A DNA stretch of 64,000 nt from Balanoglossus misakiensis (taxonomy: Eukaryota; Animalia; Hemichordata): the NCBI GenBank assembly GCA_040954595.2, contig CM082583.2, positions 10,677,656 through 10,741,655 on the forward strand, read 5' to 3'. Both the position numbers and the translations under genes were made by a program. The notes beneath the pieces are model-generated. The model did not search any database. It was not told where the DNA came from and saw nothing but the letters and a program-made list of their open reading frames with translations. Positions 52,201 to 64,000 of this stretch are shown piece after piece; positions within the stretch are counted from its first letter, which is position 1, and the number at the start of each line of letters is the position of its first letter.

Positions 52201-52613
52201 TACCCAAATCTCACATATACTCGCCTGTGGTGAGGGTTATTGCTTAAATATTATAGTAATGCCACTAAGGCTACAGATTTGCAGGTAACCAGGTGTAACA
52301 TGGGGTGGGGTAGCTGTGGAAACTCAGCTGTTCCGCCGGAGGGGGGATATGCTAATTACCCACGGGATAATTTGCATACCCCCCCCCCCCAGCAGAACAG
52401 CTGCATTTCCACAGTTAGGAGGGGGTGGGGTTGACCATGGAGGTACATGCATGTACATGAACAGACCGTAATATGGTTCACCACAATCACATGAATTTCT
52501 ATGTTCCCTTGAGCGCTTCAATGGTAAAGACATATCTTCCTATGTTCATATACGTCAGTGTATTCTATCCTATACTGTCATTACGACTCCGGAAGCTCAC
52601 CTGAACTACACAT
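49239..52613 (-). CDS. LRRC28: Leucine-rich repeat-containing protein 28 orthologue, 9 exons, about 390 aa
   Basis: complement(join(49239..49483,49689..49870,50013..50115,50279..50485,50682..50819,50994..51031,51285..51322,51693..51901,52601..52613)). Introns are GT-AG, phases are consistent, and the total is 1173 nt. The translation includes LYLNYKGLKSLPEELLK..IEKLYLKRNLLTSL, LVELYIHSNSL, IALDRNQLRSLPR, DLGIMPSLKSVYVDEN, LLELCLRAL, PTGHC..CDQPIFTTAY and GLCCSRQCL, matching remembered LRRC28 motifs. The first 13-nt coding exon (MCSS) and the exon-2 acceptor are less certain. Confidence 0.9.
52120..52244. mobile_element. Long imperfect palindrome, probable non-autonomous DNA element (possibly Crypton-like)
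   Basis: AGCAATAACCC-CACCACA..GTATA..AGAT-GGGTACAATT pairs with AATTGTACCC-ATCT..TATAC..TGTGGTG-GGGTTATTGCT. The family assignment rests on general resemblance only. Confidence 0.6.
52311..52417. mobile_element. Palindromic MITE-like hairpin element in LRRC28 intron 1
   Basis: Arms TAGCTGTGGAAA-CAGCTGTTCCGC-G-run-TATGC-AATTA-CCC and GGG-TAATT-GCATA-C-run-GCAGAACAGCTG-TTTCCACAGTTA pair almost end to end. The element begins and ends with TA. Confidence 0.7.
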
Positions 52614-52912
52614 GTTGAGATATTTCTTCTGAACTACTAATATTAATTGTGAATAATGTCTACTCCTCCTTGGGAATACCGTGTTTTTAGAATTCCTACT
52701 TTACTGATCTGATCATGTGACAAAGTTAAAAATAAAGTGGAGCCTATTAGCGCCCTCATACATTTCACCGGTGAAGCAGAAGTTGCGAAATATAACTGTG
52801 CTGGGGGTATCTTCAGCCCACGTGATACCTATATCAGTCCTTTCGACCAGCGGGTCCGCCATACTGGCAATATTTTGTATAGTTGGGAAGAGTTACTAAC
52901 GAAAAACTCAAG
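52614..52912. promoter_or_regulatory. Bidirectional LRRC28/EEF2 promoter region with a TCT/5'TOP-like start for EEF2
   Basis: Divergent start codons at 52613 (-) and 52913 (+). Contains E-box CACGTG at 52819-52824, pyrimidine initiator TCCTTTC at 52838-52844, and a YY1-like CGCCAT at 52857-52862. EEF2 is an established TOP mRNA. Confidence 0.65.
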
Positions 52913-59178
<6,266 letters not shown>

Positions 59179-59643
59179 GAAACACAGCCGGACTTTGGAC
59201 ATAGTGAAATTAGTGAAAGACTGCATATACTGCAACAAATTGAAAATGTCATAGAAAATTCCCCCCGTTTACCCAATTTTATGCGAATGTATTAATATAC
59301 TTTTGCTTTGTATGCACAAATTGAACTGGTGGGGGAATGCACTGTATTGAATAACCTGAACCTCAAAATTCAGCATTCGTTTGCTCTGTGCAAGTTGATG
59401 CTTAGAAATGCACAAGAATAGAGAAAGACCACTGGCTGCACTTGCAGACAATTTACTTTTAAAATAGCATTTTAATTTCATGAATGTAAAATCATGTCCA
59501 AGACAAAGCGCTGTGTTGAGTTTTGGCAACGCCGGTTCCAATTGCATAGGGAAGTGATGTGGAGGAGTTTTGAGAAACGTGTTCATCATACCAAGGAAGA
59601 AAACAAAACAAAAATCTGAGAGAGAGATAGTTATTCTAAGTTA

Positions 59644-59649
59644 AATAAA
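59644..59649 (+). terminator. Probable polyadenylation signal of EEF2
   Basis: First AATAAA after the stop codon, followed by the GT-rich tgtgttgttattgtttt. Confidence 0.55.
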
Positions 59650-60605
59650 TACTATCTGTGATGTCATCCACATGTGGACAATGTGTTGTTATTGTTTTAC
59701 CCCCATATGATCCATTCCAACAGGATTTTGCTTAATACCAACTTGTACACGTTTTGTTTCATCATGGAAACCCAGCCCAGCCTATACTAAAAACAAAACT
59801 TACTTCATCTCATGTATAAAGAGAAAAGAATTAGATAAAGGGTCCGTTTGATGGCGCTCTCTACAAGCTGTGCACAGTTTGATATATTGGTACTCTGTTG
59901 CTTCACGACTGTTTTTATCATTTTTGGTTAAGCAAAATAATTCCCGTTTCATTGTTTGTTTCAAATGTCTGGTGGTGGTGTATGATAAATGTTTATTCAC
60001 TATTTTATTACATCAACGACTGCTGATATGTATGAGTGGGGTATTGTTCCATTCAAAAGTCTGTATATCACAGAACATGTAACAGGTCAACCCGAACTGT
60101 TGATAATTTGTGTTGATTAATGTTATTTGAAAAACAAATGATATTGTCCACTCTGGTAATTTTCAGCACCATATTATCAATTTGAAGTATTGTAGCACAT
60201 TCTAACCCCCAATACTTTCTATTGTCTTTATTCGGCAAAATCAGACAGCATGTTTTCACTCATAGGACTATCAGAAATCAAATGATCACGAAGAATCACT
60301 TCGGACGCCCGTTAAAGAGTGCGTGTCGGATTAGATGGATTTTAATTCCACATAACAATTCTGTGACATAGGCAACAGCTGTTTCCTGTAGGCAACATGT
60401 TACAAAATGAATGATTTTCAGTGGCTTCACTGTTGTCTATTCTTGTCGTCCGCTGCACATCGGTTGCCCTGGTTAGACCTGACTGAAACGTGATTCATAT
60501 AACCGTGGCGGACGGTTGCACTGGAATCAGAAATTGACGCTGCCTTTTATTCCCCCGTGGTGGCCGCTTTAAACGATGATACTAGCTTAACAAACAAAAA
60601 AAGAG

Positions 60606-61283
60606 GTAAGGTTAATATTAATTTGCTTTTTTTAAGTTAATTTACAGATGCATGATACCAGTAGATAAATATCGTTCAAATCTCATCCGCTGGGTAGTAT
60701 TCACAAAGCACGTCAGCCATTGAACACACGAGGCTAGCCTGCTCCGGTTATTTTCGTTGACGACTTCGAGGAAGTATTTTAATGGAACAAACCATAGTTC
60801 AAAACAGAAGAAACCCGAGAAACTAAATTTAATTTGTCCACAAATGAAATTAAATGAAACCACTGCAATTCATAAAGTCACTTAGAATCAATATTTGTCA
60901 GACGCTGCATGGCGTATTGCTTTATTTCACTATTCAACATGATTGACCTGCGTATCACAAGAGATTTAAAAAAAATTATTTACATTTCGGAAAGGTGGGA
61001 ACCATGAAAAAATTTTGATTGAATTTATCTACATCATGCCTGTCAAATTTCAATCGCCATGGGCCGAACACATGTTGATACCAAGTGCATTGTACTCACT
61101 ATTGTGACGTGTTAAGATATAACTCTCACTGTACATGTATTGTGAAAGTTTTTCCATGACGTAGACTGTACTGTGCTCAGAACCAGTAACTAGGGCTGAG
61201 TGAAGTGTGTCCGCCATTTTGAGCCTGGTAAAATTATTTCACCATCATGCAGGCTACATTCCGATCACTTGTTTTGTTATTAG
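60606..61283 (+). other. Probable 5' UTR intron of the sulfotransferase-like gene
   Basis: Donor GAG|gtaagg at 60605/60606 and acceptor ttgttttgttattag ending at 61283, 146 nt before the ATG. Confidence 0.5.
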
Positions 61284-61429
61284 GATTTCCTGATATCAAT
61301 GAATGTCTAAAAGCAACCAGGAGCACATTCTTTTCAACAAGCGATCTAACTGAAAACGGAACTTGAAGATCAACTTTTGGAACTTTGAAGATATATCTGA
61401 AGATTCACAAGGAAAATTTGATATCCAAA

Positions 61430-62893
61430 ATGTTGCGAAGAGCTAGAGGATCCATACTTCTTGTGATTTTGTTCTTATCGGTGTCTGTGCTAATTAATGT
61501 TGGCTTTTTAATGTCGTCAACGCAAAAGACAACGTTTCCAGGGTCGTCGGACACGACGAGCTTTATGTTTATGATGGATGTCGACCAACTTTGGAAATAC
61601 GGCGAGAACGTGAAAAACGCCACCGCCGAGAACGTGAATTCGCTGCTCAAGTACGGCGGCGACGTCCGTGATGCAACGGCCAACAAAGTTCAAGAAATTC
61701 TGAAACAGAAGGGAATTTCGGACAACCCAACTGTTATAAAAATATACGAAGATTTGTGGCGGTCATCTAAGGTTGTACACCATACAACGATGAATAAAAT
61801 TTATGATCTCTATAATCGGTTCAAGTCACAGCTGTGGACAGATGGCAACTTGGGGAATCCAAACTCCGAGATTGATATTAAGGATGAATTTGTTGAAATG
61901 GTTCAAAACATGACAAGATTGGATATGGAGGGAGACGAAGGAGATGACATGATCGAGACTTCAACTATCTCTTTGGATGCAGCGCCGAACCTCGATGATA
62001 GAAGCATCCCTGTTCCAACCCAGCCTGTTGAAGTGATTAATCCAGTCCAGGCGTACTCAGGACTACCACTGGACATCACCAAACACTGGAACGAAACTAG
62101 AATTCTGTATAACCGCGTCGATGGCTGTGGCAGTCGAACTCTGCTTGCTATAGTCGGCATATTGTCATTTGAACTCGATTATCACAGCATCTGGAGCCGA
62201 GCGGGGACGGCGTACGATGTATCAGAATTGAAACAACGTTCTATTGCCAAAGTTATCTCTGAACAGACCCAGCCGTACATATTCAACCGATATTTGTACT
62301 TCATCGACTTTGCAAAATTCGGACTTGAGCAGCCACCTTACATAAACCTCATCCGGGAACCGCTGCCACGGCTCATATCCCGATACCATTCAAAAACCCT
62401 GGGCGATCATGCCCAGAGTATTGGCCCCGAGGGTTACCATCGCAACGAAACGGAACTTGGAGAAACCTTAGAGCATTGTATTTTAAGTGGGAGACCAGAA
62501 TGCAGCGAGGAAGGCTCCTTTCAAATGATACCGTATTTCTGTGGACACGAACCAGAGTGTCGAGTTCCGAGTCGATGGGCTTTGGAGAAAGCCAAACAGC
62601 ACGTGGTCGAACATTACGTATTTGTAGGGGTGTTGGAAGACTTCGACAACTCCCTGCGCATATTTGAGCTTTTGTTGCCTCAGTTCTTTGAAGGCGCTTT
62701 AAAGGTGTACCGAACCATGATTTCCGGTTTGAAGAAATATGAGGAGTTCCAAGTTGACACTGCTAACAAATACGAGATGCCCTCAGCCGACACCATGGTG
62801 GAGATTAGTAGGAGGCTGGCGTTAGAATACGAATTTTACAATTTCGTCAGAACAAGGATGGAAATCATCAAAAAACAACTACAAATAGAATAA
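61430..62893 (+). CDS. Uronyl 2-O-sulfotransferase-like (HS2ST/UST/pipe family) type II Golgi membrane protein, 487 aa, single coding exon, catalytic residues degenerate
   Basis: Long uninterrupted ORF with an N-terminal signal-anchor MLRRARGSILLVILFLSVSVLINVGFLM. The Sulfotransfer_2-type domain has YNRVDGCGSRT, QPYIFNRYLYFIDF, YINLIREPLPRLISRY, IPYFCGH..CR.PSRWALEKAK, VGVLED and EYEFY, closest to remembered vertebrate UST motifs. The track ORF starts upstream at a non-ATG codon; the first in-frame ATG is 61430. Confidence 0.9.
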   Translation: MLRRARGSILLVILFLSVSVLINVGFLMSSTQKTTFPGSSDTTSFMFMMDVDQLWKYGENVKNATAENVNSLLKYGGDVRDATANKVQEILKQKGISDNPTVIKIYEDLWRSSKVVHHTTMNKIYDLYNRFKSQLWTDGNLGNPNSEIDIKDEFVEMVQNMTRLDMEGDEGDDMIETSTISLDAAPNLDDRSIPVPTQPVEVINPVQAYSGLPLDITKHWNETRILYNRVDGCGSRTLLAIVGILSFELDYHSIWSRAGTAYDVSELKQRSIAKVISEQTQPYIFNRYLYFIDFAKFGLEQPPYINLIREPLPRLISRYHSKTLGDHAQSIGPEGYHRNETELGETLEHCILSGRPECSEEGSFQMIPYFCGHEPECRVPSRWALEKAKQHVVEHYVFVGVLEDFDNSLRIFELLLPQFFEGALKVYRTMISGLKKYEEFQVDTANKYEMPSADTMVEISRRLALEYEFYNFVRTRMEIIKKQLQIE

Positions 62894-63898
62894 CGCGAAT
62901 ACAATTTAATTCATTATCAAACTCTAGGTAGTTTTCATTGTCTTGGCACAGAAGAAAACATAGCAGCTGCTTCAGTTTTGTTTTACATTTTTGCCGAATT
63001 TAATCACATGAGAATTAAACAACCGTGCAGTACAAAATCCAAATAAACGGCATCCAACCGATGAATAAATACGGATCAAAAATGATAGTGTTTTACGTAA
63101 CATTTGCGACAGGTTGCTGAGCTCAATTAATCTAATCGTGTAATTTGTACTTTTTTGTTCTCCACTTAGCATGTCAAATACCCCGATTTCTGCTTGTGAA
63201 ATATTACTCTGTATATGTGTCTTTGGCCAACTTTCTTGGTGACGAATGTTTTTTTTTCACTGATATAAATTATTTCTTGACAAGATAAATACAGGGCATC
63301 TGATCGAGAACAATAACGTGGACAATAATCCACACTCTTCACATTACAGTTTTCTTGTTGCTATATGATAAATTAAATAGATTTTCTTCCGAAAAGCAAA
63401 ACATCTTTGTCTGTGGGTCTTGTCTTTGGCTGCGTTCTGTATGATCACCCTCGCGTGGCGAATCGTTCATTGACCTTTATGTCTGCGACCTCTGTCTGTA
63501 TGACAATTACTGGTAGTTAGAAACAAGACTTTACAGATTTGGATCCGCGCCAACCCTTGGCTATATGAGATACATTCTAAATTTCCGATGAAAATTAAAT
63601 ATAAATTATACGCTGGACTTTGCGGATAAGACAAAAGCATTCTGCTTTCTCTGAAAGATTGCACTCCACTCGTACATTATCCGGCGGCGCGGCTTACAGC
63701 ACGTAGCATCAAGACAACATCTGTGATCTTAGTATGCTAAACAACGTCTCAATCAACCAATAACAAGCTTCCCAAACTCAAAATGCACCTGGTGAATGAC
63801 ACAGTTCTATTGAATAGTTTTCAGCCAGTTCATTTGTCAGGCGGCCAGAGAGAGGCCACTTCCATCATTCGAAACTCAACGTTTGACGGACAAACACC

Positions 63899-64000
63899 AT
63901 GGATGAAAGTTGTGACAACAACGACCTGTTCATTACCCAGAGAAATTTCCGACAACCAAGTGAAAGTAAAGGTCATGACTGCGACGATTTGGACTGGATT
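63899..64000 (+). CDS. Possible 5' end of an unidentified ORF running off the window
   Basis: Strong Kozak context ACACCATGG, followed by 34 open codons MDESCDNNDLFITQRNFRQPSESKGHDCDDLDWI to the window end. No family can be assigned. Confidence 0.25.
   Translation, partial: MDESCDNNDLFITQRNFRQPSESKGHDCDDLDWI

Noticed and set aside
61385-61429. N-terminal extension of the sulfotransferase ORF shown in the track
   Set aside because: It begins at TTG. The first ATG at 61430 gives a typical short cytoplasmic tail plus signal anchor.

Overview
Eukaryotic, AT-rich, intron-containing animal genomic DNA. It looks like an invertebrate deuterostome, but the species cannot be fixed from the sequence. 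Four protein-coding genes could be reconstructed exon by exon with consistent reading-frame phases. (1) A MEF2 MADS-box transcription factor gene (+, CDS 32355-43176, 9 coding exons, 461 aa), preceded by about 32 kb of non-coding DNA that is probably its 5' introns and enhancers. (2) An LRRC28 orthologue (-, 49239-52613, 9 exons, about 390 aa), tail-to-tail with MEF2. (3) Elongation factor 2, EEF2 (+, 52913-59178, 13 exons, 841 aa), head-to-head with LRRC28 with only about 300 bp between the start codons. (4) A uronyl-2-O-sulfotransferase-like gene with an intronless ORF (+, 61430-62893, 487 aa), in which the PAPS-binding Lys and the catalytic His are both replaced. A possible fifth ORF starts at the right edge. 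Several MITE-like elements are present, the clearest being a 1.08-kb PIF/Harbinger-type element. Nearly all other ORFs in the supplied track are spurious. The best leads are the putative pseudo-sulfotransferase, a second ATG|GTAAGT exon end inside EEF2 intron 1, highly structured EEF2 introns, MEF2-LRRC28 microsynteny, and MEF2 splicing and autoregulatory motifs. All homologue comparisons are from memory; no search was run.
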